The notes under the pieces are model-generated. The model was given only the letters and a program-made list of their open reading frames with translations, was not told the origin of the DNA and searched no databases. 20,369 nucleotides of DNA from the NCBI RefSeq assembly GCF_006345805.1, contig NW_021824004.1, positions 1 to 20,369 of the forward strand. The letters are read 5' to 3'. Below are positions 1-9,849 of this stretch, in pieces. Made by a program: the position numbers and the translations under genes. The DNA comes from Octopus sinensis. Its lineage: Eukaryota. Each line of letters opens with the position of its first letter. Position 1 is the stretch's first letter.

Positions 1-39
1 TATTAGGCCCTCCTCCAGTCTGTCACAAAGTATCCTAGG

Positions 40-41
<2 letters not shown>

Positions 42-101
<60 letters not shown>
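42..101. repeat. (TA)n microsatellite
   Basis: Pure AT dinucleotide run. Many similar imperfect TA/CA tracts follow (e.g. ~810-1380, 7455-7760, 9160-9360, 9699-10670, 15730-15990, 17739-17890). Confidence 0.97.
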
Positions 102-104
<3 letters not shown>

Positions 105-535
105 ACATACACACACGCACAACATTGCATCTCTCCCTAACCACATACCTAAGCACGTACACAACTATTTACTAACAAACCTTTATATCTACAAGTTTAT
201 ATATCTAGCAGTGTGCCTTCTCTCTATATGTCTACACATATACATTCCTCCGTTCTTCTGTACGTACATGCGTACACAAATATATCCTTGTATTTATGCA
301 TACACATATGTTTGTATATATGTACTCGTACATATGTGCGTGCATACCTTATAATATATATATATATATATATATGTATATATGCCGCTTCACTGGTTTC
401 TACAATCAATCACGTTCCCTCCCCATTGCTCCTCTTCCTCCTCTTCCCCCTCTTCCCATGCTAATATATTTCCTCTCTTATCATTCTCCATCTTTCTGTA
501 CCTTCTTTACCACCGATTGCCTTCCAACACGACCC

Positions 536-724
536 TAAATTATGGACGATTTCAAATATCTCTACAGCTCCCCGCCGCTGCCGCTTCATTGGACGTCACT
601 GACCAATTCTACACCCGCCCACCCGTTAGTGCCATGTCCCCGGTGCCGCCACAAATACCCGCAATATCAATGCCGCATAAATTCCTTCTGTTATGCTGTG
701 GACCGTAAAATAGCCGCCATTTTG
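536..724. promoter_or_regulatory. CpG-containing unique island with promoter-like motifs
   Basis: ATTGG 588-592 and CCAAT 603-607 flank a CRE-like GGACGTCA 591-598. GC box CCCGCCC 614-620. Full YY1/PHO-type site GCCGCCATTTTG 713-724. Motif evidence only. Confidence 0.4.
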
Positions 725-849
725 CAACTTTTGTCGAATGGTAGAGGTGAGAGGGTTCAGTGGTATACAATAGCATTATAAACTTCAACTACACCATCAT
801 GTTTATGCATATACATATATACTCGTTCACATACGTATATAAGTATATG

Positions 850-886
<37 letters not shown>

Positions 887-972
887 CATACATATATATA
901 AATATATATGCACACATGTAATGAACATATACATACATTTATACATAATTCATATCCATGTGCATATATGCC

Positions 973-1018
<46 letters not shown>

Positions 1019-1687
1019 CATACATACATACATATATATATATTTATATACATATATACATATATTATATGTATATATACATATGCGTATATATATATAC
1101 ATTATATATAGACTTAGATAGATTAACACATAGATGTACACACACATGTATATATACATACATATATTATATATATATGTATATATATATTTGTATATAT
1201 ATATATATATATATATATATACGTATATATATATACATATATATATATAAATATATATATACAAACATATATATATATATTACATATATGTGTATATATG
1301 TGTGTGTGTGTGTGTGCGAACGCGTATGTGCATATATATATATACACGCACACACAAATATATACGTATATAAATCTGTAAACATATTTCATTTATATTT
1401 ATACATACAGGGTATGGATATATATAGAGAGACACACTTACATACAACGTACAAGTGTAGAAGAGTGAGGCCAAAATGAATATCATTACAGTTATGGAGT
1501 TTGTAACATTGTAACATTACTTTGTTCGTCTCCATATTTCAGAATTATAAAACTCTGTGAAATCTGACAGCAAATGTAAATACAGCAACATTGCCTATTC
1601 AGCGGTACTTACAAAAGAAACCAATAATATAATATATATATATGTGTGTGTGTGTGTATATATATAGCAAGAACAGTAGGAATAAAA

Positions 1688-1717
1688 ATAATAATAATAA
1701 TAATGATGATAATAATA

Positions 1718-1778
<61 letters not shown>
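1688..1778. repeat. (AAT)n microsatellite
   Basis: Direct read. Confidence 0.97.
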
Positions 1779-1779
<1 letters not shown>

Positions 1780-2150
1780 GCCGGCAATGATAATGGAAAC
1801 GGAGTGAAGTGCCGTCGGCAAGGATAATAAAATCGAGAGGCAGGTTTGGAAATTTTGGTAGGCGCTTTGCTCTTTCTTACAGAAACCATATTCTTCAATA
1901 AAAGAGAACTGCATATAAAAGCTTGATGTTTTTCGATTTTTGTGTATGTTCCTTCAAATAAAAGACTTTCTTTCTTTAGTAATAGATCAACGACCGGTTC
2001 TAATGTTTGGTGAGCGAGTGATGTCGGTTTTGTTGTTGGCGTTGTTTATTGTGAAAGGAAATAACGGGAAGAACGAAGAAGGTTGAACTGTGACATATTT
2101 TATTGTGCGGAATAAATAATAAGGAGGAGGACATTGACAACAAGACCAAG

Positions 2151-2385
<235 letters not shown>

Positions 2386-2492
2386 AATGGTTATTTGAGA
2401 GAAGGGCGCCTGGTGTCAGATATATCACAAAGATGGAAGACGGAACGGAACTCAAAAACACAAAATTTAAGTGATTAAACATCAAGAGGAAT

Positions 2493-2535
<43 letters not shown>

Positions 2536-2539
2536 GAGA

Positions 2540-2570
<31 letters not shown>

Positions 2571-2780
2571 GGTGATACCTATATATATACCTGTACATAA
2601 CTGGATATATATATGTGTATATATATATATACACATACACACTCATACGCTCACACATATATATAAAACACAAACAGTTGTGATTACAGCTGTTTCATAA
2701 TTTAGTCCTACTTACTTTTTTTAAGTCTGAAGCAGATAACATATATATATCCTCTTTAACAATTATATATATATATATAT

Positions 2781-3414
2781 ATAATTAATCAATATAGGGT
2801 GGCAAAAAAAATTTTGTAGAATTTTTTTGCCACCAGCGGCCTAGTGGGAAAAAATTAAATATTCATAGACCATTTTTAAGTTCAACATCACAATCATTAT
2901 TATGGCCGTTCCTTGATTGTGATGTTGAACTTAAAATGGTCTATGACTATTTAATTTTTTCCCACTAGGCCGCTGGTGGCAAAAAAATTCTACAAAAATT
3001 TTTGCCACCCTATATTGATTAATTATGAATTTTCTGGTTAATTCCGTAATGGAATCGGCGGCTTATATTTATTTGCTGCCGATAATTTGGCGCGAGTGCG
3101 ATGATTTGAAAATTTTAGGTCAGATATTGCCGAGGCAGGGACGGGAATGCCTCGTGAAAAATATCTGTTCCGACTTGGCTATTTCTTACTGATGAATCTA
3201 AGGGACTATGGTAGATTGGCTTGATTTAATTTAATCAGGTTAGTTTACCATTAAACAGTAGACGAAACGGTGCATCGTATAAGAAATTACAGGGTAAATG
3301 TTTTTAATTTTCTCCTGGTTTACGGAATTGATGTTATTTTGCGGTTAAAGCTTTTGGCTGTTATTTCTAGTGGGTGAATGGCCTATTATGGCCGTTCCTT
3401 GATTGTGATGTTGA
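2781..3414 (+). mobile_element. Non-coding hammerhead-bearing retroelement (Penelope-like pLTR / non-LTR retrozyme) inserted in (TA)n
   Basis: Inverted arms 2781-2896 and 2914-3026. Identical 31-bp direct repeat TATTATGGCCGTTCCTTGATTGTGATGTTGA at 2898-2928 and 3384-3414 (period 486). Internal hammerhead. (TA)n on both sides. No ORF. Confidence 0.85.
3181..3287 (+). ncRNA. Type I hammerhead ribozyme with extended stem II
   Basis: Stem I ATTTCTTA 3181-3188 / TAAGAAAT 3280-3287. CTGATGA 3189-3195. Stem II TCTA 3197-3200 / TAGA 3259-3262 enclosing a 19-bp hairpin 3208-3226 / 3233-3251. GAAA 3264-3267. Stem III ACG/CGT. GUA triplet, predicted cut after 3279. The first stem II pair is A.C instead of the usual G-C. 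Confidence 0.88.
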
Positions 3415-3582
3415 TATATATATATATAATATATATATATATATTATATATATTATATATATATATAATATGTTATATGTATGTATATTATTGTAATTAT
3501 CAGTTAGTAAATAAATAAGTTAACATAATATAATGTCTAAAAGTTGATGAACCACCTATTGATCCCCTCCATTTTCTTATTG

Positions 3583-3629
<47 letters not shown>

Positions 3630-3751
3630 CTTTATTTAAAAGCAGCAGAAAATTGAACAAAACCTTAGCATTCAGAATATTCTCTCAAATGTATTCACAT
3701 TGTTTTGAGTTAATCATGTAGCTTTCAGATTTTGATGATGTGATTATTTAG

Positions 3752-3885
3752 TTTCACCTCCTCTTTGTTGTTCATTTTTTTCCTCCTGGGGCCGATAAAA
3801 TAAATACCAGTTACCTGCTGGTGCTTATTCAACGTTCTGTATTTACCCGTCACATTCATGGTTCTCTGCCGTTGTTAGAAATCAA
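3752..3885 (+). repeat. Degenerate SINE 3' part, copy 1 of a local direct duplication
   Basis: Close match to 4088-4232. Contains the GGGGCCGATAAAATAAATACCAG variant of the SINE body seen at 5765-5790. Confidence 0.75.
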
Positions 3886-4087
3886 GTCCAACATTCCCTT
3901 TCGGTGATCGATATAATAAAGTACCAATTAAATACTGTGATCGATACAATCAATACAATATATTCTCTAGCTTCATCCACCCCACCCCCGCCACCACCGC
4001 CATATTTAGAATAATTATTCTGTTTCCTTTGATAGCAAAATCGGTGGAGCACCAAAAGAAATATTTTACTGTCACAAACCTTCTCGA

Positions 4088-4232
4088 TTTCACCTCCCCG
4101 ACAGTCTACTTCGTTGTTCATTTTTTTCCTCCTGGGGCCGATAAAATAAATACCAGTTATCTGCTGGTGTTTATTCAACCTTCTGTACTTACCCGTCACA
4201 TTTATGGTTTTTCTGCCGATGTTAGAAATCAA
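4088..4232 (+). repeat. Degenerate SINE 3' part, copy 2 of a local direct duplication
   Basis: Shares TTGTTCATTTTTTTCCTCCTGGGGCCGATAAAATAAATACCAGTTA...GTTAGAAATCAA with 3752-3885. Confidence 0.75.
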
Positions 4233-4762
4233 TAATATTCAGCATTCTTTTGAAATTAATGGAATATTAGTCGACTCAAGATTCACACTTGCTTTTCACC
4301 CACCACAGTGAACACAGAACAACAACTACCATCACAACAACAACACCAGAATGCAGACAGAATTGCCAGAATATGGAAAAATTGCTATCATAAACGTAGT
4401 TTGACTATAAGAATTTCAGAATATTGATCCACTTAGAGACTTGCATAATAAATAATGATTTGTTATGGAGTTCTAATAAACGAACAAGTGGCGAATTACA
4501 TAATGCATGAAGTGAAAACGGCAAGTGTTAAAGATTAGTCTAAGGACTGCTTCAGAAAGAATAATTCGTTACAGTGCAATCAAAGGCGCTCAAGAGAATA
4601 TCTAAAAAGGCGTAAGGTGAAAAAAGATCAGAAATTTATTCAGAAACCAATGAAAATTGCGCTTTACTAAGAAATCGATATTATGGATATTACATGGCCG
4701 ATGGAGATGGTTGGTTCAGAAGAGAAACGGACTAAACTGCATTGTAATATGTTAGTCTCGTT

Positions 4763-4980
4763 AAGGCGGTGAGATGGCTGGCGCGTAAAGAGCGTCGGGG
4801 AAAAAAATGACTTGCGGTATTTCTTCCGAGTCTTTACGTTCTGCGTTTAAATCCCGCCGAGGTGAACTATTCTTTTCATCTTCTATGAAGTCAATAAAAT
4901 AAAGTACCGGCAGGGGGCGATGTAACTGAGCAACCCACCTACTCTTAAGACTGCTGGCCTTGTGCTAAAATTTGAAACAA
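4763..4980 (+). mobile_element. tRNA-derived SINE, family A (diverged copy)
   Basis: Collinear with 5648-5815: AAGGCGGTGAG head, B-box-like GTTTAAATCCC, TTTCATC..GTCAATAAAATAAAGTACC body, GGCCTTGTGC tail. Confidence 0.8.
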
Positions 4981-4994
4981 AGAAATATCCAGTC

Positions 4995-5533
4995 TCGTTC
5001 AGACAACGATGTGGTAGAATCGTTGGAGCATCGGGAATAAATGCCTTGTGGTGTTTCCTCCGTCTCTTTATGTTCGTGTTCAAATCTCTCTCATCTCTGT
5101 TATGCTGATAAAATACTGGTACTCCGTCGGTTACGACGAGGAAGACTCCAGTGTATCAGAGCAACGGAACAGCCTGCTCGCGAAATGAACTTGCAAGTGG
5201 CTGAATAACACGAATAACCCTTAACGTAGTTCTCAGGAAGATTCAGCGTGACGCAAAAATGTGAGAAGCCTGGCCCCTTGAAATATAGTTACTACTCATT
5301 TTTGCCAGGTGGGTGGACTGGAGCAACGTGAAATAAAGTGTCTTGCTCAAGGATACAACGAACAACCAGGAATCGAACTCACAATCTTGCGATCGTGAGT
5401 TGAATATCTTAATAAGTCAAGAGCCTTCACAGGTTGATACAAATTAAGTACCAGTCAGGAACTGGGGCGGGGTCATTGCAATCGACTAATCCCCTTCACT
5501 CAAAATGGTTGGTCTTATGTCGAAATTAAGAAC
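4995..5533 (+). mobile_element. Family A SINE split by a nested minus-strand SINE
   Basis: Head GGTAGAATCGTTGGAGCATCGGG...GTTCAAATC before 5118. Body and tail AAATTAAGTACCAG...CTGGGG...AATCGACT resume after 5431. Confidence 0.6.
5118..5431 (-). mobile_element. tRNA-derived SINE, family C (CORE-like segment)
   Basis: Minus strand has B box GAGTTCGATTCC (~5369-5380), then CCTTGAGCAAGACACTTTATTTCACGTTGCTCCAGTCCAC. Resembles mollusc SINE bodies from memory. Confidence 0.75.
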
Positions 5534-5647
5534 TAACATTTAATGAGGTGCCTAAGGAGCGTACTAGGGTCGATCTAACTCGATTGACCTCCTCCCCCAA
5601 AATTTCGGGCCTTGTGCCTAGAGTAGAAAAGAATATTCTCCGTTCAT

Positions 5648-6051
5648 AAGGCGGCGAGCTGGCAGAATCGTTAGCACGCCGGGCGAAATGCTTTGCGGTA
5701 TTTCGTCTGCCGCTACGTTCTGAGTTCAAATTCCGCCGAGGTTGACTTTGCCTTTCATCCTTTTGGGGTCGAGAAATTAAGTACAAGTTACGCACTGGGG
5801 TCGATGTAATCGACTTAATCCGTTTGTCTGTCCTCGTTTGTCCTCTCTGTGTTTAGCCCCTTGTGGGTAGTAAAGAAATATGTATTTCGCCTGTCTTTAT
5901 ATTCTGAGTTCAAATTCTGCCGAGGTCGACTTTGCCTTTCATCCTTTCGGGGTAGATAAAGTAAGTACCAGTTGTGTACCGGGGTCGATCTTGATGACTG
6001 GCCTCCTTCCCCAAAGTTTCGGGCCTTGTGCCTAGAGTAGAAAAGAATATT
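5648..6051 (+). mobile_element. Young dimeric tRNA-derived SINE, family A
   Basis: A-box-like TGGCAGAATCGTT and B box GAGTTCAAATTCC. The block GTATTTCG...TTCTGAGTTCAAATTC..CCGAGGT.GACTTTGCCTTTCATCCTTT.GGGGT occurs twice (~5698-5810, ~5882-5990). Matches an abundant octopus SINE as I recall it. Confidence 0.88.
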
Positions 6052-6069
6052 TAATCAGGTTTCTTTTAG

Positions 6070-6300
6070 ATCGGTGTTCAAATCCTGCCAAATCTATTCC
6101 TACCCTTCGTCGATAGCATACTATGCAATATTCATTCCGATTCTCTGCATTCGGAGTTCAAATCCCGCCGAAGTTAGAGTTACTTTTCTTTTTTTCAAGG
6201 TCAATAAGAAATTCCAATCCAGAATGGTAAATTGACGGAGCTGTAAGAGCTTGTGATTGAGCTGTTTGCGTTAAGTTCAAATCTTACTACGACCTCCTTT
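6070..6300 (+). mobile_element. Highly degraded family A SINE fragments
   Basis: Three GTTCAAATC B-box remnants (~6076, ~6156, ~6275); one is followed by CCGCCGAAGT and GGTCAATAA. Confidence 0.5.
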
Positions 6301-6615
6301 AGCGGACGGCTTAATCCTTTCTCTACTTTGAGGCTAACACCGAGCCCATGGGTGACTTTAGTGGACTCCACTCTGTTTTAAGCATCTTGGCCAAGTACTT
6401 GGACTTGAGGATATCTTCCTCTCTATTTCCCACCAGTTTCGGAGGCCTTATGAATAGTCATAAGCACTTTAATTGCGGTAGTACTAATGCCAGTCCTATC
6501 CGTCACTTCGTTAAGCTACCGGGGAAAATACTACCACTAAAACCAACATTAATAACAAATCTAGAACATCAACACTATCAACAACAATAACAATGTAAAC
6601 ACACAAATCTTACAC

Positions 6616-6654
<39 letters not shown>

Positions 6655-6721
6655 TTCTCCCTATATATATGAGCATATATATATATATATACACGCATGT
6701 ATGCATGAATTATAAGTTTAT

Positions 6722-7179
6722 TTCTATAGATTTATTTCTATAGGATTCAGAGACATCTTTGCAAGTTAGATTTAGTAAACAAATGCGTCTATGTGAGACA
6801 GAAAAATAGGTCATAGGTGTATATGCATATTTCTTGGATTTTTAACATCTCATCAGTACATCTAATTCATTTAACATACGTAGTAGTGTATTATGGAAAC
6901 AAAAATGAAATAGTGTTTCCTTGCCAACAATTATATAGGCGTACAGTTGCTAGGAATGTGCTTAATATGCAAATCGTTCCTTCCAATTTTCCTACACTAT
7001 TAAATGGATAGCAAATGGGTTGGATGAGGTGCAGATGAGACGTCAATAATTCTCGAAATATGCATGTATAACCACTACCTGTTTTTCTATTTTGGATCTC
7101 ATTGCTTACATAGACGTATTTGTTTATGAAACGTCATAATTTACAGTGAAGTACCTGAATACTATAGAAAGTCTGTAGA
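6722..7179. repeat. Old diverged inverted repeat, each arm with a decayed minimal hammerhead
   Basis: The reverse complement of 6722-6864 aligns with ~7025-7179 (ACATAGACG.ATTTGTTTA, CTGAAT.CTATAGAAA, GAAATATGCAT). Centre near 6938. Confidence 0.7.
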
Positions 7180-7553
7180 TACAGCCTTAAATATGAAATT
7201 ATAGCACTGTCAACAGTACGACACAACGTTGAGTTAAAAAACCTGTAACGAACTCAGAAGTGTACGAAATATTGTTGCCTCACCAGCAATTAAGTATTCA
7301 TGTATGTACGAATATATGTCCTTGGACTTTAAATTCCCAGAAGCTATTTTGAATCTGGTCTTCAACGCTGTGGAGAAGGTTTATTTCTGCCTTCCAATGC
7401 GTTTCAATATAGCATTTCGAATTTAACTATACATACATGTGTGTGTGTTGATTATGCATATATATGTATGTATGAATAATGTATATGTACGTATATATAT
7501 ATATGCAATATATATATATATTTATATGTATTTACGTATATATATACGTATAT

Positions 7554-7620
<67 letters not shown>

Positions 7621-7794
7621 GATATATATATATATATATACATATATATTTATATATAGAGGAAACAAAAATACACACATAAACATACATGCATATATAT
7701 TATGTATATATCAAATATATAATTATATATATATTATATATTATGTATATATGTATATGCGCGCGCTCACGGTTAGTTTTTTTCTTTTCAATTA

Positions 7795-7922
7795 GTTTCG
7801 GTTCACCAAATCCATTTTAACCCTTTGATCGTCCTGAGGCTATAGTAGAAGACACTTTTCCAAGGTGCCACGAGACTGAACCTAGAACCATGTGATTGGA
7901 AAACTTCTTACCACACAGCCAC
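7795..7922 (-). mobile_element. tRNA-derived SINE, family B (CORE-like)
   Basis: Collinear with 13608-13766 (GAGGCTATAGTAGAAGAC...CAAGGTGC...GAACCATGTG...TTACCACACAGCCAC). Confidence 0.85.
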
Positions 7923-8049
7923 GTTCATGATGGTGAGTTGAAGATGTTTACACTTGTAAAAGTGGAAGCAGATTGAGTGAGGTAGCCATGTTGTTGTTAT
8001 ACCTAGTTAGCAGTAAAGGTATTGACTCGAGGCTGTTGACTGTTCATGG

Positions 8050-8760
8050 TCCGACAGAAACTTTACAAACTTTTTCAAGTGCATGGAAACATCCCTAGAA
8101 ATAATGCATCCATTTGCTTTCATGGATATTTAGTACGGTAAGCCAAACGCTGAAATTCTGTGTCAGCTAGATGTTTCCAACATGTGAGTAATTTCCAACA
8201 TGGGGATATGTCCGAGTAGATTTCCAAAATACTCCGATACGGATGACGGTTTGCTTAAAAAAAATGTGCGTATTGTGATCTGTGAAAATTATTGCTTGAC
8301 TGTCCACGATCTCTCTGAAGAAGACGTCATGTGTAACAGTTGGCGCCACAAGATTCTAAAAGAGTTGAAGACGCATCGAATTGGCACATATTTTGTGCCA
8401 CTTCTGCAGAGAGATGAAGAAAAAGAATCGGGTTTCATTCAGTCATAAGTCCTGATGATCGCTCGAATATTGACAGAAACGCCGACAAATGTCATAATCA
8501 GTGACGAGACACTGGCGTACAGCTACCATGCTTAGGGAAAAACGGCATTTGTTTTGGATTCTGGTGAACGTGACCAAATGAAGGAACGGCGAGATGCTCA
8601 GATATGAAGGTAAATATTGATCAACTTTTCAGAGTCATTTATTCTATGAGTTGGTCTAATGGTCTAATGGTCAATCAATAAAGAGTTCTACTTAGATGAC
8701 TTGAAACATTTGAGAAGATCCGAGGGTAAGAAGTGGCTTCAGAAATAAAACCTGGATGCG
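8050..8760 (+). pseudogene. Mariner (Tc1/mariner) transposase remnant, 5' part
   Basis: ORF 8200-8448 reads VRIVICENYCLTVHDLSE...HKILKELKTHRIGTYFVPLL (HTH plus WVP-like linker). VIISDETLAYSY at ~8491 matches the IITGDETWVY motif. NKEFYLDDLKHLR at ~8677. Stops and frameshifts throughout. Confidence 0.8.
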
Positions 8761-8783
8761 ACAACATGGAAACGCACATAAAT

Positions 8784-8944
8784 GCAGGAGCAGCTGTGTG
8801 GAAAGAAGCTTATTGTCCAATCAAATGCTACCGGGTTAAATCCCATAGCGTGGCACCTTCGGCAAATATCTACTACTACAGTCTCGGGCCAACGAAAGCC
8901 TTGTGAGCAGATTTGGTAGACGGAAACTGAAAGAAGCCCATGAC
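8784..8944 (+). mobile_element. tRNA-derived SINE, family B, inserted in the mariner
   Basis: GCTGTGTGGAAAGAAGCTT...GTGGCACCTTCGGCAA...GATTTGGTAGACGGAAACTGAAAGAAGCCC followed by (TA)n. A probable distal part lies at ~9395-9437. Confidence 0.85.
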
Positions 8945-8956
8945 ATATATATATGT

Positions 8957-9005
<49 letters not shown>

Positions 9006-9007
<2 letters not shown>

Positions 9008-9158
9008 CAAAATAAGCAACAACGATATCCAGAGGTATCCCCTGGATATCCTTGTTGCTTATTTTGATTATAATCACCCCATTTTGAATTATATGGATAA
9101 TACCATACCAAATTCTGGTGCCTTAACCATATTCAACTGAATCTAAATTTTACTGAAC
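9006..9158 (+). mobile_element. (TA)n-embedded fragment starting with a fold-back; related to the 17615-17742 hammerhead element
   Basis: Inverted arms ATCAAAATAAGCAACAA.GATATCCAG 9006-9032 / CTGGATATC.TTGTTGCTTATTTTGAT 9042-9068. 9051-9072 is identical to 17721-17742. Confidence 0.65.
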
Positions 9159-9199
<41 letters not shown>

Positions 9200-9439
9200 C
9201 ATACTTATATATTTAAATGTATATACAAACTTATGTATATATATATATTATACACCCACACAAACATATCTATATATATACATACATGTATATATATACA
9301 CAAACTTATTTATGTATGTATTTATGTATGTATGTATGTATGTATGCATGCATGCATGCGTACATGTGTACATTGTGCCTCTGTCTTTTAGTATGTGTTT
9401 GTCCTCCACCACTGTCTGATAACCGGTGTTGGAGTATTC

Positions 9440-9683
9440 TCTGCTTATCGCCATTGCAAAGTCGAGGGTTCCAAATGATTGAAGCGATCCAACAAAAAGC
9501 CTTAGAAGAACTGCAATCGTAACACAGGTTCCAAAACTTGATAAAAAGAAAAAAAGGGGTTGGTAACGGTGTTTGGATAAAGGAGGAATATAGTTTGAAA
9601 GGCGTAAGTTCCATTAAATTGTAATCAAAGCATTGTATGGATTTTACAAAAATAACCTCTGCTTATTTTTGATCACACCTCGT
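9440..9683 (+). pseudogene. Mariner transposase remnant, 3' part with right terminal inverted repeat
   Basis: PLQSRGFQMIEAIQQKALEELQS from 9451 resembles the mariner C-terminal LKGRRF..IEEIQ...L motif. A decayed RW..C....G.YFEG-like stretch lies at ~9560-9603. TTTTTGATCACACCTCGT 9666-9683 resembles a mariner TIR. Confidence 0.7.
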
Positions 9684-9808
9684 CCATTTATGGATGAGTA
9701 TATATATATATATATATAGACATGCATAAATACATATATATACATGTGTATATCTATATAGACATATACATATATATATACATATATGCATATATATATA
9801 TACAAATA

Positions 9809-9849
<41 letters not shown>

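Noticed and set aside
382-781. ORFs 382-708 and 542-781 as a coding exon
   Set aside because: No recognisable protein similarity or convincing splice context; a regulatory reading fits at least as well.
2781-3026. Palindrome as a MITE or pre-miRNA
   Set aside because: The right arm continues into a longer unit with a terminal direct repeat and ribozyme, so the left arm is a partial inverted copy rather than a TIR.
4340-4750. Complex A-rich stretch possibly derived from a retroelement
   Set aside because: No long ORF or motif I can identify; left unannotated.
5648-5735. tRNA gene
   Set aside because: A/B-box-like motifs belong to a repeated SINE head; no cloverleaf.
8453-8495. CTGATGA...GAAA resembling a hammerhead core
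   Set aside because: No supporting stems, and it lies within mariner coding remnant. The same applies to CTGATGA at 11912 and 11963 in the LINE remnant and at 18131 in a GAT repeat.
9660-9698. TGCTTATTTTTGAT resembling the family-2 terminal sequence, followed by a small hairpin
   Set aside because: Better explained as the mariner right TIR (TTTTTGATCACACCTCGT).
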